In this document: piece after piece, positions 24,190 to 39,300 of the stretch
Layout of the letters: every line of letters begins with the position of its first letter
Numbering within the stretch: the first letter of the stretch is position 1
NCBI RefSeq assembly: GCF_902459465.1
Contig: NC_047072.1
Span: forward strand, 10,292,001 to 10,356,000
Length of the DNA: 64,000 nt
DNA from: Asterias rubens
Lineage: Eukaryota
Direction of reading: 5' to 3'
Program-made: the position numbers and the translations under genes
The notes under the pieces: model-generated
Database searches by the model: none
Seen by the model: only the letters and a program-made list of their open reading frames with translations
What the model was told of the DNA's origin: nothing

Positions 24190-25200
24190 TTATTTCGTCA
24201 GGAACTGCATTACCATGTGTACGCAGACGACACTCAGCTATACATCACGTTTAAATCTTCTCAAGAAAACGCCAATGCATCTATTGCAAGACTTGAGAAA
24301 TGCATCCAAGAGATTCGACGTTGGACACAACAAAACTTCCTGAAGTTAAATGATGATAAGACAGAGTTCCTTCTATTTGGGTCACGTCAACAGTTAACTA
24401 AGGTTTCAGTGCCATACATCTCCATCGGTGATGCTCGGATAGCTCCCTCGCTGAAAGCTCGGAACTTAGGGGTTATTTTTGATTCATCAATGACACTTCA
24501 GCCACACATCAACAACATTGTTCGTTTATCATCATATCACATCAGGAATATAGGTAAGATTCGCAAGTACTTGGACAAAAGTGCCACTGAAAAGGTCATT
24601 CACGCATTTGTTACTTCTCGTCTTGACAACGGCAATGCTCTTCTCTACAGTCTTCCTAACAACCAGATTTCCAGACTTCAACGGCTCCAAAATACTGCTG
24701 CCCGCATTGTGACACTGTCTAGAAAATCGTGTTCTATCACCCCCATTCTGAAACAACTACACTGGCTCCCTATCTCTCAACGAATCATCTTCAAGCTGAT
24801 GCTCATTGTCCACAAAGCTCTTAATGGCAAGGCTCCCCACTATATTTCTGAACTGCTTCAAGTTTACACTCCATCAAGGAATCTTCGATCAAGTTCTATG
24901 CTTCTCCTCATTGAACCCAAGTCTCGACACTCATGGGGTGACAGGTCTTTTTCTTCAGCCGCGCCACGCATCTGGAACTCTCTACCACTTAATCTTCGAT
25001 CTTGTCTTTGTACTGCAAAATTCAAGTCTCTTCTCAAAACTTATCTTATGTCACAGGTTTTCAATGACTAATTTTGTTGTGTCTGTTTTTTCTTTGTGTT
25101 GTGTATTGTTTTTGTTTTGTTTTTGGTTTTACTGCGCCTTGAACACCCAGCAGGGTGGATATGTGCGCATTACAAGTCTTATTATTATTATTATTATTAT
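24190..25200 (+). mobile_element. 5'-truncated L2/CR1-group non-LTR retrotransposon (RT C-terminus plus 3' tail)
   Basis: ORF 24217-25071 has YADDTQLY, KLNDDKTE, RNLGVIFD, LQRLQNTAARIV, LHWLP and RIWNSLP, all typical of L2/CR1-group ORF2. It ends in a (TAT)n tail at 25181-25200. Confidence 0.93.
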
Positions 25201-25349
25201 AACAAAACTATTGTTTTTTGGTTTTTACTTCCTCCATCGTTTAAGAATTTATTATGCGTGTCGATACGATCCACTTTACACCTAAATATTGCGAGAGGGT
25301 TGTGCAATTCTACCTCCATGGTTGTGCAATAAAGGCAGAATTATCGCCG

Positions 25350-25570
25350 CAGGCTGTTTACAACCCGACTGCTTTTTAGAACCCGACTGCTGTTTACAGT
25401 CCGACCTCTCTTTGCGCGGCCCTACTTCTTGCTGTTCACAACCGACTGCTGTTTATAATCCTACGGCCTCTTCTTTACGGCCGGCCCGACTGCTCTTTGC
25501 GGCCCGACTGCTGTTTTACAACCGACCACTGTTTACAACCAACTGCTGTTTACAACCTGACGGCTGTTCA
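25350..25570 (+). repeat. Degenerate minisatellite (CCGACTGCTGTTTACAA-like)
   Basis: Recurrent GACTGCTGTTT / TACAACC motifs. Confidence 0.75.
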
Positions 25571-27322
25571 ATGTTTAAACAAAATAAAATAAAGGCTTGA
25601 GACTAATGCAACTGTTTCTGTGAGCATAGAAACATGATGAACGATTAAACCAGGTTGGGATTAATCAGTAAATCTGGAGAACCTTTCATTTTCAAGAATG
25701 TTGTTCTACAAAACTCCAGATATGCAAATATTTTCATCAATCAGTTCGTTTCCCTCACATTGATTGTATTCTTTCCTTGAAATCAGGGCCCAATTTCATA
25801 AAGCTGTAGTAAGCAGTAAATACTGCTTGAAAAGTTTCTTTGCTAAACTCATGTTGATTGGGGCACCAGTCACAACAACAATGTAAATATAATGGAATTT
25901 TGGCTGGTAACCTATTTCATTTTAGCAATACTTTTCACTGCTTAGTAAGTTTTTTGTTGTTACAGGCTTTATGAAATTTGGCCCTGGTATCCTAGGTCGG
26001 TTTATAGAGACAAGCAAAGTTTTCTCAATTTAATATTTCTTATTAGAAATACACAAAGGTCATACATCACTTGACTGTCAAAAAAGCTCAAGCCTGGTTT
26101 TACATTATGAATAAAAATTATGGTGGATAACCCCAAAACTTAGAAATAATTATTCACATTATCCTTAAAAAAGACAGCGTCCCATATTGAACTATCTCTT
26201 GGGATGCCTAGCACCAGTGAAAATGTCATACCAAGCAAATTTGACAATAATATGCAAGCTAGAATACCCCCTTCTGATTGGTTTAAATATCTATGATAAG
26301 TAGTCTCTTTAGGCCCTGGGTTTCAAAGGGAGCGAATAAATCTGAGCAAGTCTTCATTTTTGAAATTCTTGCATGCCGCCATTTCGGCAGTTTGGATGAT
26401 GCAGCTTTGCTTAATCTGGTACATTCTTGCATGCAGCCATTTCGGCAGTTTGGATGATGCAGCTTTGCTTAATCTGGTACCGTTAGGCCCTAATACATCA
26501 GTATGTATTATAACACATCTCTTGCTTGTTCTGTGTTCTGGTTGGCTGAAACACGGTCACGTTGGATGAACCAATATATTCTAATGATCGCGCGCGCGTG
26601 CTTTGCAGGAACTAGTACTCGAGCGGGCACTAGTCTTTGAAAATAGTGCCCGGTTACAGTGCCCTCTCTTGACTTGAACCGTGAATAGCAACTACAAAAA
26701 TTCCTTTCTGTTCCAGATTTCTGTTCTTATTTGACAATTTAGACCGAGCTGTGTTATAAAAACACATATTGACTGGCATAATTCGGTAACTAGCGTATGT
26801 CTATTCCCCCTCGGGCCTATGAGTGACCAGAAGAGAGGCCTATTTCCCTCGGCCAAAGTCACTCAAAGTCCCTCGGGGGAAAAGAAGTACACTAGTTACC
26901 TCATTGCCAGTCAATATGTGTATAACGTGGTATAGATATTTGTGGTCATTGCTAACGTAGAGGCCGTAACAGGTACAAGATTCATGGATTTTATGGATTC
27001 ATGTATACATGGATTCATGTATACACCAACAAAGTCTTCCCAAAAAAAGAAAACCAAGTAAGGCTGTGACAATATGTGTAAGTGAGCAATAGGAATGAAG
27101 GTATGTAGGCCTAATAACCATGTGATGTCCCAAGTTTACAAAAAGGAAAATAAAATAAAAAATAATACAAAAAAACAGACAGTAACTTAGGGAGGAGGGG
27201 TCCATACCCAGCAAACCCATCCCTGGTTCTGTGACTGTGTTACACAGGTAAAGATTAGACACATCGCCCTCTTGGTTGTATTTCTGAGGCTCCAATGTCC
27301 AACATTGTCTGGTTTTACACCT

Positions 27323-30300
27323 TCAATATGTAAAGAGTTGCTTGAGAGTATCCAGAGTAAGTGCACCAGTCTCTCCTTCCAGGTTGTCTAGGCTGGCACT
27401 AAAAGGGTCAGAAACCATTTGAAAAAAATGTTTATTTTTTATATATTTTTTAAAATTATATTCTTACAGATAAACATTTTTATGGTAATGAAATTTCAGA
27501 AGAAAATATCTGTAATTATTATTTACTTTATCATTTTGAAGGTTGAATATTGGTGATGACATTTAAAGGAGGTAATATTAATTTAAACTTTGGATAAAAA
27601 ACATGCTACACTAATATGGGACAGCAACTAATATTCAAATAAATTTGAATACAAGTATTTCATAGCAAATTAGTTATGAATTAATGACTACAATACAGAG
27701 AAAATTATATCATTTCATCGAAAGAACACAAATAAAAGACCACATCAATTTGTCTTTGTTATTATACAAAGCAGTACATAACTTGTAAACTCAACACAAT
27801 GACATGGGGACTACATTGCATTTGTGTTCCATATCTATTCATAAAGGCACTTGCCCCGATGCCCCTGTTCATTACCTTCGTGCCCCTAGAAATGCTACAC
27901 AAATGGAGGGAAACAATTATTAAACATTTGATCTCATCAAAAACAGCCAAAGCCATTCAACACTGAAACCCAGCCAACCAAAGTTAAAGGCACTGGACAC
28001 TATTGGTAATTACTAAAAATAGTTACGAGCAAAGAAAACCTTACTTGGTAACAAGCAACGGGGAGCTGTAAAACGTTGTGAGAAACAGCTCCCTCTGAGG
28101 TAATGTAGTTTTTGAGAAAGGTGTAACTTCTCACTCAAATGTTAAAAGACTTCAGGTCTTTTTTAGGCATCTGAAAGCACACAAATGTGTGCAACAGTTT
28201 TGTTTTTTCTTTCATTACTCTCTTGCAACTTCGATGATCAATTGCGTCCCAAATTTTCACAGATTTGTTATTTTATGCATTGATACGCTGGGATACACCA
28301 AGTGAGAATGCTGGTCTTTGACAATTACCAAAGGTGTGCAGTGCCTTCAGACTCACAATGATAACCAATAAATATAATGACAGATAAACTGAAGATGAAA
28401 CTATAACAGTCGCAGCATAAAAACATTTCAATAAATTAGAAACGTCTCTCTCCCTCTCTATTGACTTACCTTGTGTGCTTAGCTTGTAGAAACGCATGTA
28501 ACCGTTCCTCTATAGTGTCTCTTACTAGAAAGCGATGAACTACAGTTGGCCTAAACGAATCAATAAAACAAAATACTGGGTGATCAACTTTGATGTTGGT
28601 TTAGTGACAGGTTGCAAACTATATTACACTCGTCAACTATTTAACATGATATATTTACACATAGATTCTTGTCAGTTGATTGGTGGAAAACATATCATAT
28701 GTCAAGCTTTATTTAGGCATGCATTTACTGCCGCGACGCTCCAAACTTCCTTTTGGGCGTCCTATACTGATAAATATAGGACAATTGGGACACTTCACAG
28801 CGAAGCTACATATTTATATGCAGCATTGTTATTAACTTCAATACCGTGGAGTTTCTTAATTGGTCTCAACGTTTCGACTAGCTTGCTCTCACTCACTCAC
28901 TCACCCACTCGGTCACCCACTAGCTTGATTTATAACACACCTGTTGCTTTTTCTGAATTCTGGTTGGATGAACTAATATAGTCTAGTGATGGCGCGATCA
29001 TGTTTTGCGGAAACTCGTTACAGCGCCCTCTTTTGACTTGAACCGTGAACAGCAACTAAAAAACTTCCTTTCTTTTCCAGATTTCTGTTCTTATTTCACA
29101 TTTAAGACCGAGCTGTGTTATAAAACATGTTATGTATAGTAGTCATCCTCAGAAGACTGAAGAGTGTGAGAGATGTGGGCCTATTTATAGGGGTTCAGAG
29201 TTTTCATAAATGTTTGTCTCACCTCGTTTGGCCGATACGATGAACTCTCCCCACAGCTTGTAACTCACTGGCTGGATTGAGAATAGGCTCAACGAGTAGT
29301 ACATGAGTAGCTTCCATGATATTCAGACCCTTGCTTCCGCTGTGTACGGGCATCAGGAGTGCCGTCACACACTCCTCTTGCTTGAAATCCATCAAGTTTT
29401 CCTAGGAAGGAAACAAATTTTCTACACTTGAATTTGCATGTTCACGGCACATCAAATATTAAAGGCAGTGGACACTATTGGTAGTTACTCAAAATAATTA
29501 TTAGCATAAAACCTTTCTTGGTGACGAGTAATGGGGAGAGGTTGATAGTATAAAACATTGTGAGAAACGGCTCCCTATGAAGTGCCATAGTTTTCGAGAA
29601 AGAAGTAATTTTCCATGAATTTGATTTCGAGACCTCAGATTTAGAAATTGAGGTCTCGAAATCAACCATCTAAACGCATACAACTTCATGTGACAAGGTA
29701 GTTTTTTCCTTTCAATATTACCTCGCAAGGTCGAAGACCATTTGAGCTCAAATTTTCACAGGTTGGTTATTTTGTGCATATGTTGAGATACACCAACTGT
29801 GAAGGCTAGTCTTTGACAATTACCAATAGTGTCCACTGCCTTTAATAGAGGGAAATTTGCATGAGAGATTAAGAATATTATTTTCGTTTTTTTTTTACCC
29901 ATATACACCGATGTGTGTTAACACTGTCTACTCAGTACTTTCCTGAGCTCTGTGAACAAAAATCATAGGTATATAACTCGGTTGGGATTCAAACCCACAA
30001 CCTTTGCAATTCTGGAGCAGTGTCTTACTAACTAGACCACCGAGATTGCCTGGCAGCTAGAGGCAGTTCAAATCCTACATGTGTTTACTTTAGCAGCGGG
30101 TACCGCAAAGATTTAACAGATGGAAATTTATTGTAATTATTATACATTTCTGGTAATGAAACCAAGCAGTGTGTGGTATCACCATGTGTGTTTCTACTTG
30201 CCACGTAGATTGTGTTCCTTTTGAAAACTCGTCTTGACCCATTTCACCTGACGTCATCATCAGAAAAATCTTGAATGCGCCATACTGGTGGGCAATTTCA

Positions 30301-33300
30301 TTGTGCGTTTTTATATGTAACTCTATGCTGTGCGTGATGCAGTGAAGTGTGCATTTTAGGTGACACGGCGTTAATAATGTAACCTAGCTGCCCACCAACA
30401 TGGTGAGCGTGGCATCAGTCGCCGCGTTTGACGCGCGTGCAAGGGGTCAACACTTTGGTATTTGGGAGACTTCTTAGTTCTGCAAAGGAATGTCCTGCTT
30501 ATAAATTATTAACAAATAACTGGGTGGAAGATAGGAAATCAAGCTAATGCTACCTTGAAATGGCGGTCTCCAAACAGTCCAATGCTACGGTACTCTATAT
30601 CATTGTCCTTCAACGACTTGGCGATGACAGTCAAAACGTCAATCCACTGAAAAGTGAAGATGATAAATTATGAACAAGCAACCAAACTAAATGTAGACTA
30701 AAGGTTAAGTTGTTTTAAAAGGGACGCCTATTATTTTACACTACACTGCATTACACATGGGACATTGTCCCAAATGGCGCAACCAACAGGATTATGATTA
30801 TGGCATCAGGTGAAATAATAATTTGAGGTTCTTATATACCCATGCCTACATCCGTATGGACTGTAAAAGGGGTAACCCTGTTTCAGCCCTAGGAGTAGGT
30901 GGCAACGGCCTCTGGAAATAAATAAATGTAGCCCACACCTGGAAGTGGCCTTCAGGCCTTGTGTGTCTGGCGACTTGCATACAAAAAAAATTAAAAAACG
31001 CTTTATCACACCCCTAAGGGGCATACCAAAGTGCTCAGTATTTTTTCCTGCACGGTAAGTGGAGCTACGTTTTGAAGTATGAGACATATTCCTTAAAGGC
31101 ACTGCGTAATGGTTTTATACAAGGTGCTGTGGCGCAATATACTGCCAATCAATCCAGGAACACCGGGCGAACCATGTCTTTTTTCGATAAGTGCACTGGT
31201 TTTTTGTACGTGCGTTACACAACACATGGGACCAACAGCTGTACGCCCATCCGAAGGTTGAAGCATCATGGCTATGTGTCTTGCTTTAGGACAAAGGTGT
31301 CACGACTGGGACTCAAACACACACTCTGCTGATCAGAAACACCAGAGCTCGAGTCCGGTGCTCTTAACCGCTTGGCCATGTCACGCCATACGGACTGGCA
31401 TCATAATGAACTTTTCAAAGAGCCTGCTTAGCTTGTTCAGGGATGATCTTTCTGAATTATGCACTGAGCAATCTGTCTAGGTCTTTCTTTAATAATAATA
31501 ATGGAGTCTTATAAAGCGCCGGTATCTGGCAAAAAAAGCGCTCATCACGATACAAATAGAACAGTTAAAAAAAAAAAGGAACAGAAATAAGTATGTTGAA
31601 AATCACTGGTCAACATTTACTTTAAAAAGGTGAATGTTTAAAGCAGTTTCAATTGAAGATGTCCTGATGTGGTCAGGAAAACTATTCCACACTTTTCATT
31701 TCTTTCTTTATTGATAACTTACGGTTGAAAAAATTAGGGCCTTGACGTGTGGGTCCTGGTTCCTGAGCTGAAGAAGGATTCGAACCACGGCTTCTACTTT
31801 AGTTGAATAGCCTCCCTGGATAGGAGATCAAGAAACTAATGAGTGATTTTATAGTGATGTGGATTAAATTTTGTAGAATATATCCAGCAAACCAGAAATA
31901 TCTATAAATTTGCATCGGGGATAAAGAATATTAATTTTATTAATATCTAGGTTCAAAATGTTAGTGAGGGTTTAACTTTTCAAAGTACAAAGTAGGGTCA
32001 GCGCTACACAGTCATCATTAACAATTTCAATTTGTAGTTAAGCTTCATTTTTGTAACGGCTTTAAACCGGGAAAATAAAGTCAAACACCACAAATAAATG
32101 TGTTCACAAAAGATTTATTTTTTATTTTTACCAACTTCCCCTAGCAAAGTTGTTAAATGGCCACACATTTCAACCCTCCCGGATTCTTTTAAAAAGCTTA
32201 GTAACAACACAACACAAACATAAAAGTAAAATATTAGTCAGATATTAGTACATATGTAGTACAGCAGAAGAAGTCAAGTGGACAAGGAGTGAATTGAAAG
32301 GAGCAAAATACAAAAAGTCAATTGTTTGGTCTCAGAAAAGATCGCCTGTAGCAGGTTTACTCACCCTCACATTAATGGAACAGTCCTCCTCCTCATTGGT
32401 CAGGTCAGTGCTGACAAATGATATTTCAAAGGTGGATGAGACCGACCGACAGATTGCACAACGGATGGTCTTACGTCTTGAACTGTTATGAACGCGCATC
32501 ATCTCCATGCAGTTATTGCAGAAAGAGTGGCCGCATGGCAGAACAGACCACTGGTGGGGGACGGAAAAAAGGGTTAATTTGAGTTCAACAAAGAAAAATT
32601 TACTTGAGCAGGATTTGATCCAATGACCTCCGGATTGTCGGTGTCACAGAGAATTCTGTCCGCCGGAGATTCTGTCCCCCATACAAGAAATTAACATGAG
32701 CTGAGGAGGATGATTCAAAAGAGGGCGCTATCAGAAGTAGTTTGTACACAGTTTGCCGTGTGGGAAGGACAGAATCTCCTGACACATCGGCACTCTACCA
32801 ACTGAACTATTTTGGGGTGTCGTGGCCGAGCGGATAAGAGCACCGAATTCAAGCTCTGGTGATTCTGTTCAGCAGAGTGTGGGTTGGAATCCCAGTCGTG
32901 ACACTTGTGTCCCTGAGCAAGACACTTCAATATACCCAGGGGTAAATGGGTACCTGTGAGGGCAGAGTTGGTTCTTGTGATGGATTAGCTTTGATGCGCT
33001 ACATATTTGGCGGCACATGCTATATACTCCCCAGGGAGCTGAGATGGTTTAAGGAATGATTTAAAGGCAGTGGATACTACTGGTAATTACTCAAAATAAT
33101 TATTGGCATAAAACCTCACTTTGTACAGAGTAATGGGGAGAGGTTGGTAGTATAAAACATTGTGAAAAAACGGCTCCCTCTGAAGTAGAGTAGTTTTCGA
33201 GAAAGAAGTTATTTTCCATAAACTTGATTTCAAGACCTCAAGTTTAGAAATTGAGGTCGCGAAATCAAGCATCTGAAAGCACAAAACTTCGTGTGACAAG

Positions 33301-36300
33301 GGTGTTTTTTCTTTCATTATTATCTCACAACTTTGACAACCAATTGAGCTCAAATTTTCACAGGTTTGTTATTTTATGCATATGTTGAGATACACCAAGA
33401 GAGAAGACTGGTCTTTGACAATTACCAATAGTGTCCACTGTCTTTAATGAAATTATCAAGCCCTATGTTGGCTGTCTCCCTATGCTGTAAATATCTTTGT
33501 TATGGTGTGCCAGTCAGAAGCCATACAACCGTTAACTGCCGTGTAGCCAGGGATCACACCCAAGTTTACCATACAACCAGGGAAGCGGCAGCCATGGATC
33601 ACCTTAAGGGGATGCGACAACAGTTTTTTTTAAAAGGATGTATGGTTTCTGACTGGTACCCCTGAAAAAAGATGTTGACAAAATTGGGAGACTGCCAACA
33701 TAAGGCTAGATAGCTAGAGCGCAGGTCTGCTAATCCGTAGGTCGTTGGTTCAAATCTCCCTTGATTAACTTTTTCTTTTTTTCAGCCCCAAATTATTTAA
33801 AATTTTCCAAGTTAGTTTCCCATGTGGTTTGGTACTTGATAGTTTATATTTAATCAATTTTGGCAACTCACTTCAAAGTTTTGTTAATAAAATGCCTTCT
33901 TCTACATACCTGTTTTCCGAGTTCCCGCACACAGATCGGGCAAGGTTCTGGATTGATGCCACCTGGTAGGTCACTCTGCGCACTAGAGAGGCTTCTCAGG
34001 TAGACCAACTGACCAAGCTTCTTCTTCAACTCACTCTGTGCCAGGACCCTGTCGTTAAGAAGCTTATATCGCTGCTGATCCAACTACAAAAACAATTTTT
34101 AAAAACCAAAGATTTTAGTAGCAGAAGGCGTAGTAGAAACAGTTGAGTTTGTGGCAAGTGCTTTCAGTAGCAGTCTTTTGAAAATGAAACACTTGATGTC
34201 ATCTTAAAAAAAAAAAGGTTCACACCATTTGTATCGATGGAAATAATGTCAAAGGGTTTGGGTACTTTTTGTACGACACAAAACACAATGTCATCAGATT
34301 TACATTAACTTTACATGATTTGAAGATAATGTTTGTAGAAAGCTTAATTCCCTTCAAATATTACTTGCTGAGGTGCTGTAGTTTTTGAAAAAGGAGTAAA
34401 GCAATGTCAAAGAAACATTTTTCGTCTCGGGAGACGAACATTATTTTAGCATGTACAACGTTTTTACGAGACTCTCCTGAAACTATTGCTCTGTGATTTG
34501 CACTTTTTTTCCCTCAAATTATTGACGACTAATGAAGCTGAAACTTCTACAAGTAAATTACATTACATACATCTTTATTCACTGTGAGTAGAAATTCATG
34601 TCATGGTTAAAAATATGATCTACAAAGGCATCAAAACCCTTTAAGGAAGTTGGGTCATTACTTGATTTGGTTCGATGACGTTTGGCTGAGAGGTGACATC
34701 GTCTGGCTCATGAGCTTCTCTCAGGCGTAGACGCATGGTGGCCATCTTTAACTCATCCCAAGCTGCAACTCGCTCAGACAGCATGGTCCAGGTGACACGC
34801 AGACTCTGCAGGGGTAAATTATTGGTGAAAATTTTGCCATTCTCTACTTACTATAGACATTGTATAGTGTTGGTAACCAATGGATGAAAAGATTTAGCTT
34901 TTGAAGCAAAAAAAAAAGGCTTGGTGTCAAGTTTGTGTCAGGCTTGTACGTTATGCTCTGTTTTTGAAAGGGCAATGACACCAAGGCATTTTCTACTTGG
35001 TAAAGGGCACCCTATGAGGAAATTGTACATTTCTATTGTAGCATTTCAAGGGCACCAAGGCAATGACCAGGGGGCATGGAAGCAATCGCTCACATCAAAA
35101 TGAAAATACAAAGACGTCATTTGTGGGATACAATCTGAAGCCCCAATAACATCAACAATTGAGTGATGACATCAAACGGCTTTTACACAATATTACTGAA
35201 ATAATAATAATAACAACCGCATTTCTATAGCGCCTAACACCTCTAATAAAGAGCAGTAGAAGTGCTCAAAATGATCAGTTTTTGCAATAATTTAAGAACC
35301 ATCTAATCTTGTGTGAACTAAATTTCTAATTGGATTGACCACTTGTTGAATGACTGTCAGCAAAGATTATTATTTGCCATTACATTCAAGCTGGCCTTTA
35401 CCTGTTTCAGTGTCCACTCTTTTGTGTTGTGAACCTAAATTGCCCAGCTAAAAAAAGCTACCACCTCTTGCAATGAAATTTCGACAGGTTAGTTTGTTTG
35501 TGTATCTGGGAATAACAATCAGAACAGTCTTTAGAAGAATGTTAATTTTGGTTTTTACCCATACACCGATGTGTGTTAGCACTGTATACTCAGTACTTTC
35601 CCGAGTCCTGTGAAAAAATATCACAGGCATGTTACTCGAAGGGGGATTCGAACCAATGACCCTTGCAGTTCTAGAGCAGTGTCTTACCAACTAGACTACC
35701 GAGATACCCGGTAGCTAGAGGCAGTTCGAATCCTATTTTTCTGGCAGCTGGTGCTGCAACGATATAATAGATGTTAAATTTGCATCAGGGATGTGTTAGC
35801 ACTGTATATAATCTTTAGAAGCTTCTGTGACTGTTTCGTTAGTTTTTTACCTTAAACTCTTTCTTCTGTGTGTCCACCATCTCCACATAATCGTTGCCTT
35901 CCTGCAAGACATCTTCATCAGCGCCGTGATGCTTCAGGAACGCCAGGAGAGATCGAAGGATTCTCTCTGTCTCGCTAGCAGCCCAGGAACCTAGGAGTTT
36001 AGGTCCTGTCACATTGCTATCATCATCCTCTGGATCCGGATCCGCCATGTTGTCCCTTCGTGATGTGGAAAAAATCATTAGAATTTACATTTTTTATTTG
36101 TAAAGGAAACCAAAACAGTGATGAATCAGAGCAGTGCAGACTCTACACTGAGTTCTCTAAAACCCTATCAAGAAACCAGCATCTCAAACACTCTTCAGTC
36201 TTCGCAGCCGGTCCAATGTCATGGCTCTGATAACCATAAGCAAAGTGTCAGCGCTTACGCAAGCAGGGAACTACGCGCTTATGTCAAGTGCTATTAAAAG

Positions 36301-39300
36301 ATTAGGAGGGCATTCTTCGTTTACACATCTAGAACAGAATCTCAGCGCTTGCACAGTATTAGTGCCGAATGTGATGTTAAGAAGAGCCATGAACTTGGGC
36401 ACTAATTATGAATAGAGCAGACTCGTCAAAAGCTCCAAAACATTTGACAGACTAGTCCAAACAGCGCCCTCCTTTGACAACCAAGGATGGGTATAAAAGG
36501 CAGTTGAATATTGGACACGGTTGCCAGTCTTGGGAAGCTCATAACTTGGGAAATATTATAAGCAAGTAATATAACTACAATTATTTGGATTTGAAAAAAA
36601 CAACCTCTTAATCCATAAAAAAAACTACTACTTGTCTTACCTTTGCTTGATGGAAAACAAACATGTTTCATACTCTGTGAACAACGTATGCACTCTACAG
36701 AATGGACACCTGATAAAAAATATAAAAAAACAAAAGATTTTAAATTTTGTTTTAGAGTCACCTGGAAATAGAACTTTTTTTTTCTTCAAACATTAGAGTA
36801 CAATTATGTTTCTGAACAATAAAATAATTTTTTAGTAATTGTTTTTAACGATTTATATGAAAGAAAAAAAAAAAAAAAGTTGTGTGGGGGTGAATCCGCC
36901 TACCCCTTTTGTGACATCAATCGAGGCAGACTTTGCCTCGATCGAACATCGAAGACACGTACGTGCAAGTACATTCAAGTCCTAGTCGTGAGTTTGTACG
37001 TTTCGAAAAAAGGTTTTTTCTTGCATTTTCCCGGCAATGGCGACCAGGTGTAACAACTAAAGATGACGTCTTTTCAACCGCAGTGCAGCAAACACTTTGA
37101 GCCGTCGTGCTTTGAGAATCAGGAAAACACTACACATTTTGACATGAAGAGAAAAGTTCTTTTCTAAAACATGACGCCATCCCTAACAATTTTTCCAGAT
37201 AGTGGGGAAGTCGAAGAAGGTACCTGAAAGACGTAACAAACCTAAAGAAGCATTTGCCTAATGTGTACAAAATCAGGTATTGTTTCAACTTTAAAGGCAT
37301 GTTTTTAGCTTGCGCCAAGCATCACTATCTTGTGTTGGCACTGTCCAGCAAACACTTTGAGCCGTCGTGCTTTGAGAATCAGGAAAACACTACACATTTT
37401 GACATGAAGAGAAAAGTTCTTTTCTAAAACATGACGCCATCCCTAACAATTTTTCCAGATAGTGGGGAAGTCGAAGAAGGTACCTGAAAGACGTAACAAA
37501 CCTAAAGAAGCATTTGCCTAATGTGTACAAAATCAGGTATTGTTTCAACTTTGAGGGCATGTTTTTAGCTTGCGCCAAGCATCACTATCTTGTGTTGGCA
37601 CTGCATGCGATTCATTGCGCCTCCGTTGACGTCACGAACAGCGCCCTCTCGGGTCGGACTTTTTTTCAAATTTGTTAATAACATGGAAACTAATTTTTTT
37701 AAACCTTAGTTAATTGTTTATTCATATTCCACTCATCAAAACACATATTTTAATGACAAAAGCTTTATTTTGACAAAATACCACTTCCATGTGACTTTAA
37801 TTAATTGGTTTATTGCATAGAAGGAACACTACAGAACTGGTAAGAAAAAAAACCCCAGTGAAGATCACACATTTACATAAAACTTTACACGGTCTAATGA
37901 TGATGATAGTAGAAAACATCCCTTGACATAATGTCATGGGTCAGAGCCCCTTAATGTCATAGCAGTACATACTCAACCAATTGAAATGGAAACTATACCT
38001 GTTCTTTGGTTTCCCTCCGAAAGGTCTCAGATGGCAGTCTGTTGCCTCGGATACCAGTTCCTGATTGACCTCAACATTGAGTCTCATCATGCCAGATTGA
38101 AGACGTTGGTACGCAGCGGTCAAATCATCCATCTTGGTGACTAAAACCATCTGTAGGCCTCGGATGGTAGAAAAACTTGGAAGGAAAATCAAGAGGAGTT
38201 TTAATTCATCAAGAGAATTTGAAACGTATCTGAAAAATGTGTGTTAAATTCTATTGATTAGTTTACAGAACAGCCTGTTTTACAGCAATACATGAAAACT
38301 CAACATGATGAACCCTCCTACTGTTTGACCATTAAGTTTTGTCCAGTTAAATTTTGAATGATAGATAAACTTAGCCAGCCTGCAACTTGACACCACGTGG
38401 TGGCTACATCTACACAGTTATTTCTATGCACACAGTACACAACCCATACAGTAGAATGACTGCTTCTTCCACATGGTCGGTCGACTCGCTGTAAATGGCA
38501 CCAAGAGTAGGAGGGTTAATGAGAAAACATCCTACATGAAAACACCAAAGGTTTCTTACTGGTTGACAACGCTCAGGGTATCGTTCCTTGTTGTAGACTG
38601 CAAGGCGTTCTTAACCTTGTCAATGAACTCTTCATCAAATCCCAAATACTGTATGTATTGCAGACCTTCCACCCACCAAGGGCCAGCAGAAGAAGGCTTT
38701 GGGGAAAAACAAATTGGGAATTAGTTTTTAGAATTAGTTTTGTTACTTCTGTTTTGTTCCTTTTATTGCCTTGTATTGTACATGTTGTGTTTGTATTGTT
38801 GATGTCAAATAATTAATCATATTTATTATAATAAGAGTAATAAAAAATAATAACAATAACTAGATATATGTATTGCATAATTTCCATACTAATTATCAAA
38901 CTTTTTAACAAATTTTCTAGCGTCACAATTTGAAAAAAACTTTCCATGCCAATGATTGCCTCACTAACAAGTATGAACTGGGTTTAGTTTAGTTTCTGTC
39001 TGGGGTTTCAGGTCTGGAATGACATTTGGTGCCCCTTCAAACGTTTCCCATTGACTTGAAGATTTTACAATGGAAGTTTCCTTTGCAAAATGAAAATGGC
39101 CTTGCCCTTTCAACATGTTCCAAGATGAATTTCCAGGCCTGTGGTTTTGTGAATGTTTGTTTTTCATTTTGGACTGATTTACCTGGTCTTTGAGGTCAGT
39201 TATCTTCTCTTGGAGTGGGCGTAGACTGGTCAAGCTGGACTGCACAGCTGCCTCTGCCTTAGCCAGGTAAGCATCTCGANNNNNNNNNNNNNNNNNNNNN

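Noticed and set aside
24806-25600. ORFs 24806-25285 and 25289-25600
   Set aside because: An alternative frame of the LINE tail and a minisatellite translation.
26365-26481. 58-bp tandem duplication
   Set aside because: Real but only two copies in non-coding DNA, with no sign of function.
32814-32900. tRNA genes at SINE heads and in the tRNA-core repeat
   Set aside because: A and B boxes are present but there is no complete cloverleaf, and they run into repeat bodies.
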